This document shows, piece after piece, positions 19,054 through 28,401 of a stretch of 64,000 nt of DNA. Numbering within the stretch: the first letter of the stretch is position 1; the number at the start of each line of letters is the position of its first letter. Source of the DNA: Thermoproteota archaeon (GTDB lineage Archaea > Korarchaeota > Korarchaeia > Korarchaeales > Korarchaeaceae); contig JAOZFH010000028.1 of the NCBI GenBank assembly GCA_027491415.1, positions 1 to 64,000 on the forward strand, in the 5' to 3' direction. The translations under genes were made by a program, and so were the position numbers. The notes beneath the pieces were generated by a model. That model was not told where the DNA came from. It did not search any database and saw only the letters and a program-made list of their open reading frames with translations.

Positions 19054-19836
19054 ATGAGCGGGCTGGCGGGGATCAGGATAGTGGATCCCCACTCCCACCA
19101 CCAGTTCAGCAACTACTCCACCCTCGTGATGCTCAGGGAGGCCAGCTACCGGGCTGCGGCCTGCCTGGCCTACATCCCGGTGAGGCCCTCCTCGGCCTCG
19201 ACCCTGAGGGACCTGTTCGAGTGGCTCGTCGAGGAGGAGAGGGACCGCTTCGAGAGGGTGGGCATCAGGCCCGTGATAGGCGTCGGGATCCACCCCAGGA
19301 ACATCCCCCGGACGGGCCGGTCTGACGCCCTGGCCTACGTGGAGGAGTACCTGCCCAGCGCCGACGTGCTGGGCGAGGTTGGGCTGGAGACGGGCTCTAA
19401 CCTCGAGAGGGAGGTCTTCGCGAGGCAGCTGGACGTGGCCGAGAGGCTGGACAGGCCCGTGATAGTCCACACCCCCAGGGTGGGGAAGGCCGAGGCCCTC
19501 CGGCTGGCGCTGAGGATCCTCCGGGAATCCAGGCTCCAGCCGGAGAGGGTCCTCATCGACCACCTGACGCTGGATCTGCTCCGGGAGGTCCCCAGGGAAT
19601 ATTACCTGGGGCTCACAGTTCAGCCGGGCAAGCTGACGGAGAAGCAAGTCGCCGAGGCCCTGAGGTCCGCCCGCGACCGCAGGCTCCTCATGGTGGTGAA
19701 CAGCGACGCGGGCAGGGAGGACTCGGACCCTCTGGCCGTGATGAAGGTGGCGCACCACCTCGCCAGCCTCGGCATCCCGGTGGACGAGGTCGAGGATCTC
19801 GTGGCCGGTAACGCCAAGAGGTTCTTGGGCGCCTGA
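19054..19836 (+). CDS. TatD-related TIM-barrel metal-dependent hydrolase
   Basis: DPHSH, GIHPR, GEVGL, VHTPR, IDH and NSD motifs. Confidence 0.88.
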   Translation: MSGLAGIRIVDPHSHHQFSNYSTLVMLREASYRAAACLAYIPVRPSSASTLRDLFEWLVEEERDRFERVGIRPVIGVGIHPRNIPRTGRSDALAYVEEYLPSADVLGEVGLETGSNLEREVFARQLDVAERLDRPVIVHTPRVGKAEALRLALRILRESRLQPERVLIDHLTLDLLREVPREYYLGLTVQPGKLTEKQVAEALRSARDRRLLMVVNSDAGREDSDPLAVMKVAHHLASLGIPVDEVEDLVAGNAKRFLGA

Positions 19837-19857
19837 CCCTTCAGGCCCGGGCTGAGC

Positions 19858-22191
19858 TCAACCCTCCCGCAGCCCCAGAGCGAGGGGGAATGCAGCCTGG
19901 CCCAGGGCAATTCCCCCGTCGCCGGCCGGAACCCTCGAGTTCAGCCTCACCTCTAGGTCCCGCTCGGCCAGGGCGTCCTCCACCCCCCTGACGAGCAGGG
20001 TGTTCACGGCGGCGCCCCCCGAGACCGCCACGAAGTGGGCGTCCAGTCGCGCCGCGGCCTCCCCCGCAACCTCACCGAGCGCGCGCCCCAGCAGGTACGT
20101 CGCGGTGTAGGCGAGGTCCCCGGCGTCGGCGTCGCCCAAGCGCTCCATCACGGACTCGACCAGGCGCGAGGTGTCCACCACCGCGACGCCGCCCCGGCTA
20201 ACCGGGGCCTCGACGCCCTCGACCAGTTTCCCGCCCCTCGCGCGGGCCTCCAGCTTCATCGCCGGCTCTCCCTCGTAGGTCCTCTCGAAGCAGACCCCGA
20301 GAAGCGCCGATACGGCGTCCAAGATCCGCCCGGCGCTGGATATCCTCGGCGTTCCCGGATCTCTGGCCTGCGACAGGGCCACCCTGGCCTCGACCTCGCC
20401 CCTCGGCAGCCTCTCGGTCAGCCCGTGTCGTGACAGCGTCTCGATCACCTCAGAGTCCGACATGAACGTGGAGAGCACGCCGATCAGCATCCTGACGGGC
20501 CACCTGGTCGCGAGATCGCCGCCGGGCATCGGCTGGGGCGCGAGGTGCCCCACTCTCTCGAAGCCCCTGTACCCGGCGACGAGGACCTCCCCTCCCCAGA
20601 GGGTCCCGTCCAGCCCGTAGCCGAGGCCGTCAACCGCCACGCCGACGACCCTCTCCCCTACTGGCACCCTCTGCTCGGCCATGACGGAGAGGATGTGGGC
20701 GTGGTGGTGCTGGACCGTCGCCAGCTCCACCCCGGCGCGCCGTGCCCACCTCTCCGCGAGCCTCCGGCTCGCGTATCCAGGGTGGGCGTCGGCCACGAGC
20801 GTGGCCTCGGCCGGATCTATGCCGTAGGCGCCGCAGAAGAACCTTAGGGCCCTGTCGAGGTAGTCCAGGTTCTCGAGCTCGTCGGTGTCCCCTATGAACT
20901 GGGTGAGCACGACCTTGTCCCGGAAGGCCACGGCCCCGGCACTCTGAAGCTCCGCGCCGAACGCCACGACGGGTCTCTCCAGCTCGGCGGGGAGCCTTAT
21001 CCAGGCGGGGGCGTATCCCCTGCCGCGCCTGAGCATGGTCACCCTGCCGGCGGTGAACCTGACGACGCTGTCGTCCACCCTGTTCACGATCCGCCTGTTG
21101 TGGTGGAGGAAGTAGTCCACGAACCCGGACAGCCTTCGCCTGGCGCACTCCTCGTCGGTGCACATGGGCTTGCCGTGCTCGTTGCCGCTGGTCATGATGA
21201 GGATCCTGTCCCTGGTCTTCCTCAGCAGCATGTGGTGCAGGGGCGTGTAGGGCAGCATGACCCCGACCGTGTCCAGCCCGGGCGCGACTAGGTCCGATAT
21301 GGGCGAGCCGGGCCTCCTCGGCAGCAGGACGATTGGCCTCTCCGGACTGGTCAGGAGGGCCTCCGCCTGAGGGTCGACCTCCACGTGCTCCCTCGCCGCG
21401 TCTAGGTCGAGGGCCATGAGAGCGAAGGGCTTCTGGGGCCTCCTCTTTCTCTCCCTCAGTCGGGCCACGACCCCGTCGTCCGTGGCCAGGCAGGCGATGT
21501 GGTACCCGCCGACCCCCTTTATCGCCACCACCGCGCCCTCATCGACCAGCCTGGCCGCCTCTGAGATCGGGTCCTCCACCTCAAGCCTCTGACCGCTGGA
21601 GTCCTCCATCCAGAGCCTAGGCCCGCACCTGGGGCAGGATATGCCCTGGGCGTGGAACCTCCTCACGTTATCGGGATCCTCGTACTCCCTCCGGCAGTCG
21701 TCGCATAGCGGGAAGTCCCTCATGGATGTGTTTGGCCTGTCGTAGGGGACGGCCTCGATCATGGAGAACCTGGGGCCGCACCAGGCGCAGCTGTTGAAGG
21801 GGTATCGGTAGTGCCTGTCCCGCGGGTCGTAGACCTCTCTCAGGCAGTCCTCGCACACCGCCAGGTCCGGGGAGATCATAGAGTACAGCTTGGCCCCCCT
21901 CCTACTCGGGAGAATCTTGAACTCCCTCAGGCCCGTTGGCTGATCCTCGACCATGGCGAGCTCCTCTATCCTGGCTGGAGGAGGCTTCTCCAGCAGCAGG
22001 AATCTCAGGAACTCTGCTATCTGCCCCTCGTCTCCCTCGACCCTTATCTCCACCTCGCTGCCGCCCATGTTCCTGACGTATCCGGCCACTCCCGCCTTCC
22101 TCGCCGCTCTGTGAACGAACGGCCTGAATCCAACTCCCTGAACTATGCCTGAGATCCTCAGGACAGCGGCCTTGCGGGGTCTTGGGCGCAC
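19858..22191 (-). CDS. hypF: Hydrogenase maturation carbamoyltransferase HypF
   Basis: Acylphosphatase GIVQGVGFRPF, two CxxC-x18-CxxC zinc fingers, QHHHAH and GDGGIALGQ. Confidence 0.97.
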   Translation of the reverse strand: MRPRPRKAAVLRISGIVQGVGFRPFVHRAARKAGVAGYVRNMGGSEVEIRVEGDEGQIAEFLRFLLLEKPPPARIEELAMVEDQPTGLREFKILPSRRGAKLYSMISPDLAVCEDCLREVYDPRDRHYRYPFNSCAWCGPRFSMIEAVPYDRPNTSMRDFPLCDDCRREYEDPDNVRRFHAQGISCPRCGPRLWMEDSSGQRLEVEDPISEAARLVDEGAVVAIKGVGGYHIACLATDDGVVARLRERKRRPQKPFALMALDLDAAREHVEVDPQAEALLTSPERPIVLLPRRPGSPISDLVAPGLDTVGVMLPYTPLHHMLLRKTRDRILIMTSGNEHGKPMCTDEECARRRLSGFVDYFLHHNRRIVNRVDDSVVRFTAGRVTMLRRGRGYAPAWIRLPAELERPVVAFGAELQSAGAVAFRDKVVLTQFIGDTDELENLDYLDRALRFFCGAYGIDPAEATLVADAHPGYASRRLAERWARRAGVELATVQHHHAHILSVMAEQRVPVGERVVGVAVDGLGYGLDGTLWGGEVLVAGYRGFERVGHLAPQPMPGGDLATRWPVRMLIGVLSTFMSDSEVIETLSRHGLTERLPRGEVEARVALSQARDPGTPRISSAGRILDAVSALLGVCFERTYEGEPAMKLEARARGGKLVEGVEAPVSRGGVAVVDTSRLVESVMERLGDADAGDLAYTATYLLGRALGEVAGEAAARLDAHFVAVSGGAAVNTLLVRGVEDALAERDLEVRLNSRVPAGDGGIALGQAAFPLALGLREG

Positions 22192-22236
22192 CGCCTCATC
22201 CTCGGTCGGGGGGTAAAAAATGGCGCCCCACCGTGG

Positions 22237-22266
22237 GTAACACCGTTAAGTGGAATCAGTAACACC
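22237..22266. promoter_or_regulatory. Candidate NikR-like operator (GTAACACC x2, 22-bp period)
   Basis: GTAACACC at 22237 and 22259, between divergent hypF and cbiM-like genes. Confidence 0.5.
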
Positions 22267-22296
22267 CATTGGCAATAGACTGCCCCGGGCGGGGAG

Positions 22297-23100
22297 ATGC
22301 CCATACCCAACGGCTTCCCGGATCCCATAACCTCTCTCGCCTTTTTACGCCATATCCCTGGCCGTGATAGCGTTTAGCTACAGGAGGTGCTTCTCTGACG
22401 GGGGTGTGTCATCCTTGTCGGTGATGGCCGCCGCCATCTTCGCGGCCCAGATGCTGAACTGGCCGATCCCAGGGGCACCAGCGCGCACCTCGTGGGAGGA
22501 GCCCTCGCGGCCATCATCCTCTGCCCGTTCGGCGGATGCCTCGCCACGTTCCTGAACCTCGTCGTTCGGTGCCTCCTCGTGGGCGACGGCTGCATAAACG
22601 CCCCTGGGGGCCCTCGACATGGCGGTCGTCAATGCCTTCGCGGGGTACTGGATCTACAGGGCGGCCCTGAAGCTCTTGGGGGAGGGGGATTGGCGGCCTT
22701 CTTCGGGGGTGGATTGGCATATACCTTGGCCGCGCGGAGGATGTCCCTCTTGGTCACGGTCCCCATCATGGCCGCCTGGCAATTCGCCCTGGGTTGGTGG
22801 AGGTCGCAGCCACGGGCGCCGATATTCTCGTACCTCGCGAGGAGGCCTCCGCACCGCCTGAGCAGCGGCCAGACGCCCAGGGTCGCCCTCGCCCGACTAC
22901 TGGCGCACTATCCTAAGATAATCCTCTTGGACGGACCCACGGGCTCGCTGGATCTAGAGGGATCCTCCTAGACGCTAGGCGGAGGAAGATCGTGTTCGTG
23001 GCCACGCAGAGTTCAGACTTGGCGGCCGAGTTCGCCGACGGGGTCTATCTGTAGGTGGAGGGACGCATTCGTTCCTCGGGTCAGCCTTAAGAGGTCTCCT
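22297..23100 (+). pseudogene. cbiM: Decayed Ni/Co ECF transporter: cbiM/nikM remnant joined to a cbiO ATPase remnant
   Basis: MPIPNGFPDP (eroded MHIPDG), AAAIFAAQMLNWPIPG, HLVGGALAAI, GDGCINA with multiple frameshifts. Then LSSGQ..RVALA..IILLDGPTGSLD, with stops. Confidence 0.8.
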
Positions 23101-23224
23101 CGATGGCGGTGCGCTAGAATCTGTTGGAGTGGTTCCCCACGGCCGTTGGAGTGGTCAGGGTCCTGTTCCCCCCGCCGACGCTGGGCGGTGGACTAGGCCC
23201 GCAAACCTGGATCGCCGGGATCAG

Positions 23225-24397
23225 TCAGATGACCCCGAGTTCCCTCCCAACTTCTTCCGCAAGCCCCCCTCCGCCGAACTTCGCCCATATGGCGCAGGTC
23301 CCCTCAGAGGACACCATGCACGGGCCGTAGGGGCTCTCCGGGGTGCACGCCCTGAGGAACATGGGGCAGTCTGTGGGCCTCGCCATGCCGAGGGTGACCT
23401 CGGCGCACCTGCAGCCCGGGGGGAGGTCCCTCTCCCACGCCTCCGGCGTGAGTTCCGGTATCCCGTAGGCCTCGAGCGCGTCGTACCTCCGAAACTCGCC
23501 CTTGAACGCCAATCCACTGGCTGGGACGAATCCTATCCCCCTCCAGCCGGCGTCCACCACGTCACACGTCTCCCCCATGAGCCTCTGCGCCTCTAAGTTC
23601 CCATCCCAGCTCACCACCCTCGAGTACTCGTTGACCAGCCTGGCCTTACCTTCCCTGACCTGCCTCAGGATCTCGAGGATCGCCAGAAGGACGTCTATGG
23701 GCTCAAAGCCCGCGACCACGGTCGGAATCCCGTACTCCTCCGGTATGAACGCCCAGGCCTTCGCCCCCGTGATGGCAGACACGTGCCCAGGGGCTATTAT
23801 GCCCCTTATCGGGGCTTCGGGGTGTGTCTCGAGCACGTACCTCGTTATCGGAGGAGTCAGGCGGTGTACGTTGATGAACCTCAGGTTGTCCGGCGCGTCT
23901 CCGGCCCTTATCGGCGCCAGGGTCGCCGGCGCGGTGGTCTCGAATCCCACCGCCAGGAACACCGACTCCTCGCCGTCCTCGCGTGCCATTCTGACCGCGT
24001 CAAGTACGCTGTAGACGACCTCCACCCTGCCGCCCCGCGACCTGGCCTCCTCCAGGCTCTTAGGGAGGTCCGTCTCCGGAGGACCCTGGAGCCTGTAGGA
24101 GTCCCCGTACGTGAAGATCCTTATTCCGTCCATCGCCAGCCTGACGGCAGCCTCGACGTAGTACCCGGGGGTCACGCAAACTGGGCACCCGGGCCCAGCG
24201 ACGAGTTCTACGTTGTCCGGCATCAGAGACCTTAGGCCGTAGTGCGTTATCGTCCACTCGTGCGTTCCACAGAAGTCCATTATCTTGACTGGACCTTGCA
24301 GGCCGGCTGCTGCCTTCCTTATGGCCGAGGAAGCCTTCAGCGCCAGGTCCCTATCCCTGAATTCCCTCAGGGGGGCTCTAGAGGAGTCTTGCCCCAT
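23225..24397 (-). CDS. hypD: Hydrogenase maturation protein HypD
   Basis: CGTH, GPGCPVC, GFETT, PGHVS and the C-terminal Fe-S Cys motif GPCMVSSEGTC. Confidence 0.97.
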   Translation of the reverse strand: MGQDSSRAPLREFRDRDLALKASSAIRKAAAGLQGPVKIMDFCGTHEWTITHYGLRSLMPDNVELVAGPGCPVCVTPGYYVEAAVRLAMDGIRIFTYGDSYRLQGPPETDLPKSLEEARSRGGRVEVVYSVLDAVRMAREDGEESVFLAVGFETTAPATLAPIRAGDAPDNLRFINVHRLTPPITRYVLETHPEAPIRGIIAPGHVSAITGAKAWAFIPEEYGIPTVVAGFEPIDVLLAILEILRQVREGKARLVNEYSRVVSWDGNLEAQRLMGETCDVVDAGWRGIGFVPASGLAFKGEFRRYDALEAYGIPELTPEAWERDLPPGCRCAEVTLGMARPTDCPMFLRACTPESPYGPCMVSSEGTCAIWAKFGGGGLAEEVGRELGVI

Positions 24398-24444
24398 CCG
24401 CTGTCACCCTGTACCGGTTGGGAAGAAGGCCCTCGCGATCAGAC

Positions 24445-24450
24445 AAAAAA
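24445..24450 (-). terminator. Oligo-T terminator candidate after isp2
   Basis: CCCCTTCCTTTTTT on the minus strand, about 25 nt after the stop. Confidence 0.4.
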
Positions 24451-24473
24451 GGAAGGGGGCCGGGCCGGCGAAC

Positions 24474-25814
24474 TCACGCCGGCTCGATTCTCTCGACCAA
24501 ATAGGTGGCGAGGTGGAGCACCTCGACTTCTGGACCGTAGAGGGATGCCCCCCTCTGGATGGTCTCCACGCACACAGGGCACGCCGTGACCACGATCTCT
24601 GCCTCGCTCTGTTTGACGTCGCGCATCTTCCTCTCTATCGACTTGAGGTAGGCCTCTTCGGCCTTCGCGATGAAGTTACTCTCCCGCTCCGAGAGCTCGA
24701 ACTTCATGCCGGTCAGCTGACCCATGGCCTCGTGCAGCTCCCTGGTCATGCACCCCATGCCGCTCCCTCCCCCGCAGCAGTAGGACTCTGCTCCGTGGTG
24801 TGGGAGTTCCCTGAACTCCGTCGTGGCTTCTCTCAGGAGGATCCTGGGCTCTGGTATGACCCCACTGGCGCGGGCCAGCTTGCAGGGATCATGCCATGTG
24901 ACCTTGTCGCTGCCCGACTTGAACTTCACCTTCCCCTGCCTCAGCAGCTCGACTAGAAACTCCGCGAGGTGCAGGACCCTGTACTCTGGGACCCTGCCGA
25001 CCACGCCCGGCAGCTCGAACCTGAGGTCAGTGTACGGGAAGCCTCCGTCGGATAGGAGCACGGTCTTAGCCCCAAATTCCTTGAGGTAAGAGTCGATTGC
25101 CGATAGGACGGTCTTCTTCTGTTCCAAGTTACCTGTCACCGACCCCACGGCCGGTCTTATGGCCAGGGGCTTTGACGGCATCGTCCAGTCGACTCCAATC
25201 TTGCTCAGGATCCGGATCGTGTTTACCACGGAGTCCGGGACGAACATGGCCTCCGCGAGCCACGGCATGTAGAGTACTTGGGCGCCCTTCTTGTCGAGCG
25301 GCAGGTCGCCGCCCACAGCCTCGCTGGCCTTGTCAAGGATCTGCTGCCAGACCCTCGCCAGGCCCTCGTTCTCCATGAACCGGCCGGACGCCTCGAACTG
25401 CTCGAAGGCCTTGAGGATCGTCGGGGTCATCCCGATGGAGTCGACGAAGGTCCTGAGGACCGAGATCATGCTCCCGCTATTGATGCCGAAGGGGCACACC
25501 GTGTAGCAGTGCCAGCAGTTGGTGCACCTGTAAGCGACCTCTCTGATCCACTCAAGCTCTTCCTCCGTCTTGGGTATCTTTGCGTGGACCAGCGGACCTA
25601 GGAGGCGCCCGCTCACGGTCATGACCTTCCTATACATGAATCTCAGCTCTTCTGCCTTGTTGACCGGGCTGTACAGCTTGCTGATCGGCGTGTATGGACA
25701 GACGGACTCGCAGGCTGCGCAGGCCACGCAGTTCTCTAGGAAGTGCAGCTGGACTGGATCGACCCTCTTCAGGGCCTTCTTCACTGCAGGTACCACTGCC
25801 TCCATCTCAGACAC
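24474..25814 (-). CDS. isp2: Isp2/HdrD/DsrK-like Fe-S oxidoreductase (CCG domain)
   Basis: Two CxxCxxCxxxCP motifs and one intact CCG domain (HDPC...CCGGG...ACPVC). Confidence 0.88.
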   Translation of the reverse strand: MSEMEAVVPAVKKALKRVDPVQLHFLENCVACAACESVCPYTPISKLYSPVNKAEELRFMYRKVMTVSGRLLGPLVHAKIPKTEEELEWIREVAYRCTNCWHCYTVCPFGINSGSMISVLRTFVDSIGMTPTILKAFEQFEASGRFMENEGLARVWQQILDKASEAVGGDLPLDKKGAQVLYMPWLAEAMFVPDSVVNTIRILSKIGVDWTMPSKPLAIRPAVGSVTGNLEQKKTVLSAIDSYLKEFGAKTVLLSDGGFPYTDLRFELPGVVGRVPEYRVLHLAEFLVELLRQGKVKFKSGSDKVTWHDPCKLARASGVIPEPRILLREATTEFRELPHHGAESYCCGGGSGMGCMTRELHEAMGQLTGMKFELSERESNFIAKAEEAYLKSIERKMRDVKQSEAEIVVTACPVCVETIQRGASLYGPEVEVLHLATYLVERIEPA

Positions 25815-26598
25815 CCCTCGTCCAGACGAGGTCGTACCACTCGTGCAGCTTCCCGTACCAGTAGCCGAACACGAAGTGGAAGAACTTGGTGAACGGCAGC
25901 AGGATCAGGAGCACCTCCGCTCCCAGTATGTGAAGCCCCAGGACTGTCTTGTAGACGCCTATCTCACCACTCGGGAGGTGCTGGGTGGCCATGAACCCGG
26001 TGACCAAGATGAAGAGAAGGAGCAGCAGCGCGACGAAGTCGCCGATGCGCACGTAGCTGACCTTGCCCACGACCTTCTTGGGTATCTTCTCCACGACCTT
26101 GAAGACCGTGGCCACTATGGCTATGATGGCGAGCACGTCTCCGTTCAGCACGACCGTTAGGGGGCCCCAGATCGTGTTCACGAATATGCCCGACATCCCG
26201 CTCACCGGCGTTACTGGGGCCGTGACGGTCAGCGCGGCGGAGGTTGCGCTGGGAGGAATGGCCAGCCTCTTGAGGGCGGCGTATGGCGGGAAGTAGTAGG
26301 CCCACCAAGTCACGTGGTGGCTGAAGAGGAACAGGAGGGGGATGACTCCCAGTATGTGAAGCCCCAGGAGCCCCGACGCAAACATGATCCTCTCTTCCTT
26401 TATGGAGAAGTAGATGGGATAGGCGAAGGTCTTGACCAGGTGCACCAGGGAGTGACCTATTGACCTGGCCCTGCGCCTGGGCCTCACCGTCCTCTTGTAT
26501 ACAGACAGGTATCGGGCGATCCTGTAGACCATGCCCGCCGCGAACCCCAGGACCGCTGCGGGGAGCATCTCATACACGGCGAACTCGTAGACCGTCAT
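25807..26598 (-). CDS. isp1: Isp1/NarI/DsrM-like membrane cytochrome b
   Basis: Several TMs with heme-ligand His (LHILG, SHH, LHILG, PFTKFFH). Confidence 0.85.
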   Translation of the reverse strand: MTVYEFAVYEMLPAAVLGFAAGMVYRIARYLSVYKRTVRPRRRARSIGHSLVHLVKTFAYPIYFSIKEERIMFASGLLGLHILGVIPLLFLFSHHVTWWAYYFPPYAALKRLAIPPSATSAALTVTAPVTPVSGMSGIFVNTIWGPLTVVLNGDVLAIIAIVATVFKVVEKIPKKVVGKVSYVRIGDFVALLLLLFILVTGFMATQHLPSGEIGVYKTVLGLHILGAEVLLILLPFTKFFHFVFGYWYGKLHEWYDLVWTRGV

Positions 26599-26610
26599 CT
26601 GTAGACCCCC

Positions 26611-28383
26611 TCACGCGGTGCAAAGGGGGCTCACGAGCCTCTCTATCTTCCTGTTGCCGATGAAGATGTGCACGGAGCAGGCTATGCACGGGTCGAAGCT
26701 CCTTATGGCCCTGACCATGTCAAGTCCGGTCCACTGATCCTCGGGCACCTCCTCCGTGATCTCGGTACCGATGACCGACTGCTCGAACGGACCGGTGTGC
26801 CCCCACCTGCCCTTCGGGCTCAGGTTCGCGGTGGTCGGGGCGTGGACCTGGTAGTTCTTGATCTTGTAGTCCTTCACGACGATCCAGTGTCTCACGCTCC
26901 CTCTCGGGGCCTCGTCGAAGCCGAATCCGATGGCCCAGGACGGCTTCTTCCACGGCCTCGAGGTGTCGAGGTTGCCGGACTTCACCATATCAAGCGCGGC
27001 GAGCAGGTAGTGCCAGGCTGCCATCGCGTCCAGCGCCACGTTGTAGGCCCTGGCCCTCATCCTCTCTATGGTGGTGGACGCCCCAACAGAGGGTATCTTC
27101 CACTCGAACTCCATGGCGTCCCATGTGCCTGACGGGAGCTCGAGCACTCCGTTGGTCTGCGGCAGCTCGATCTTCACGCTCCCGCCGCTGTGGAGCGCCA
27201 TAGCCCACATCCTGGCAATGGGCCCCACTTCAATCGGGTGGACCTTGCCGTCCTTCCAGACGATCCTGACCGTTCCGGTCCACGTGTACTTCGAGGCCCA
27301 GTCTTGGGCTACAGGGTTCGGGATCGTCGTCTTGTTCCACGGGTGATACTTCAGGAGGTCTCCGTTCCCCCAGACGAGTGGGGTGCCGGCTGGATCCTTG
27401 TCGACAAAGGTGGTGTCCCAGTCCTTGTAGAATCCCCTGTCGACGAGCTCGACGGTGCTCACATTCATGTCCGTGAGTCTGTCGCTGACCAGCTCCCCGT
27501 CGAGGATCAGGCCGGGCTTGATGAACCTCGCCCTGCCGGCGTCGTCTATGTTGGAATAGATCTCCTCGTAGCTCTCACCCAGGGAGGAGTAGGTCTCCGG
27601 ATCCTCAAAGATGCCGACTGACATGAGGTTGGGTCTCTCGTAGGTCATGCCCTGTCTCTCGTAGCCTATTGAGTTGTAGAAGTTGGCTATGTCCTCCCAC
27701 ACGGCGACTACCATCTTGACCCAGGCCGTGAGCTTGGTTAGCCTGTAGGAGTATTGGATGAGGGTGTCAGGGGTGACAGTCGCGCCTATTCCTCCAGGTA
27801 TCAGCGTCCTGGGGTGCGGATGGGTGCCGTACAGGAGGACACCAGCCTGTCTGGCCAGCCTCTGCATCTTAAGGGCCGTTATGTATATCTTCCCCTCGAG
27901 GGGGTTGAGCCCGTCCATCAGGTCACCTACCGTCGAGAACCCGTGAATGTCAGAGTGCTCGGCCTTGGTCTGCTTCGCCTCGTCGTAGACGCTTGGGGTG
28001 AGCTTGGAGACTACCGCGCCGCTGTAGTCCGGCCCAGCTAGGATGTTGAGGTGCGTCGGGTGGTCGTAGATGTGGTCAGTGACCACCCAGGCCAGGTTCC
28101 TGATGACCACGCCGAACGGAGTTGGAACAGCCCCAAGAGCCATGTCGCAAGCCCTGACGGATGCGTTCGCGTGGCTGGCCGCGCACACCCCGCATATCCT
28201 GCTGGTCAGGTGCGGCGCGTCGGGAGGCTCTCTCCCCCTGAGGAATATCTCGAAGCCCCTGAACATCGCCGAAAAGGCCCAAGCCTCTTTTACGGTCCTC
28301 GTGGTCGTGTCGACAACCGCGTTCAGGCCCAGGTGCCCCTCAATCCTGGTTATGGGATCGATGAAGACGGTCTTCTCTCCCAT
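26611..28383 (-). CDS. hynL: [NiFe]-hydrogenase large subunit (group 1, crenarchaeal 1g-like)
   Basis: RIEGH, L1 RICGVC, APRG, and L2 DPCIACSVH followed by a cleavable C-terminal extension. Confidence 0.95.
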   Translation of the reverse strand: MGEKTVFIDPITRIEGHLGLNAVVDTTTRTVKEAWAFSAMFRGFEIFLRGREPPDAPHLTSRICGVCAASHANASVRACDMALGAVPTPFGVVIRNLAWVVTDHIYDHPTHLNILAGPDYSGAVVSKLTPSVYDEAKQTKAEHSDIHGFSTVGDLMDGLNPLEGKIYITALKMQRLARQAGVLLYGTHPHPRTLIPGGIGATVTPDTLIQYSYRLTKLTAWVKMVVAVWEDIANFYNSIGYERQGMTYERPNLMSVGIFEDPETYSSLGESYEEIYSNIDDAGRARFIKPGLILDGELVSDRLTDMNVSTVELVDRGFYKDWDTTFVDKDPAGTPLVWGNGDLLKYHPWNKTTIPNPVAQDWASKYTWTGTVRIVWKDGKVHPIEVGPIARMWAMALHSGGSVKIELPQTNGVLELPSGTWDAMEFEWKIPSVGASTTIERMRARAYNVALDAMAAWHYLLAALDMVKSGNLDTSRPWKKPSWAIGFGFDEAPRGSVRHWIVVKDYKIKNYQVHAPTTANLSPKGRWGHTGPFEQSVIGTEITEEVPEDQWTGLDMVRAIRSFDPCIACSVHIFIGNRKIERLVSPLCTA

Positions 28384-28401
28384 CCAACCTCACCTCCGGT
28401 C

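Noticed and set aside
17488-19758. 756-aa minus-strand ORF
   Set aside because: Antisense mirror of the AEP and TatD genes, which carry the recognisable motifs.
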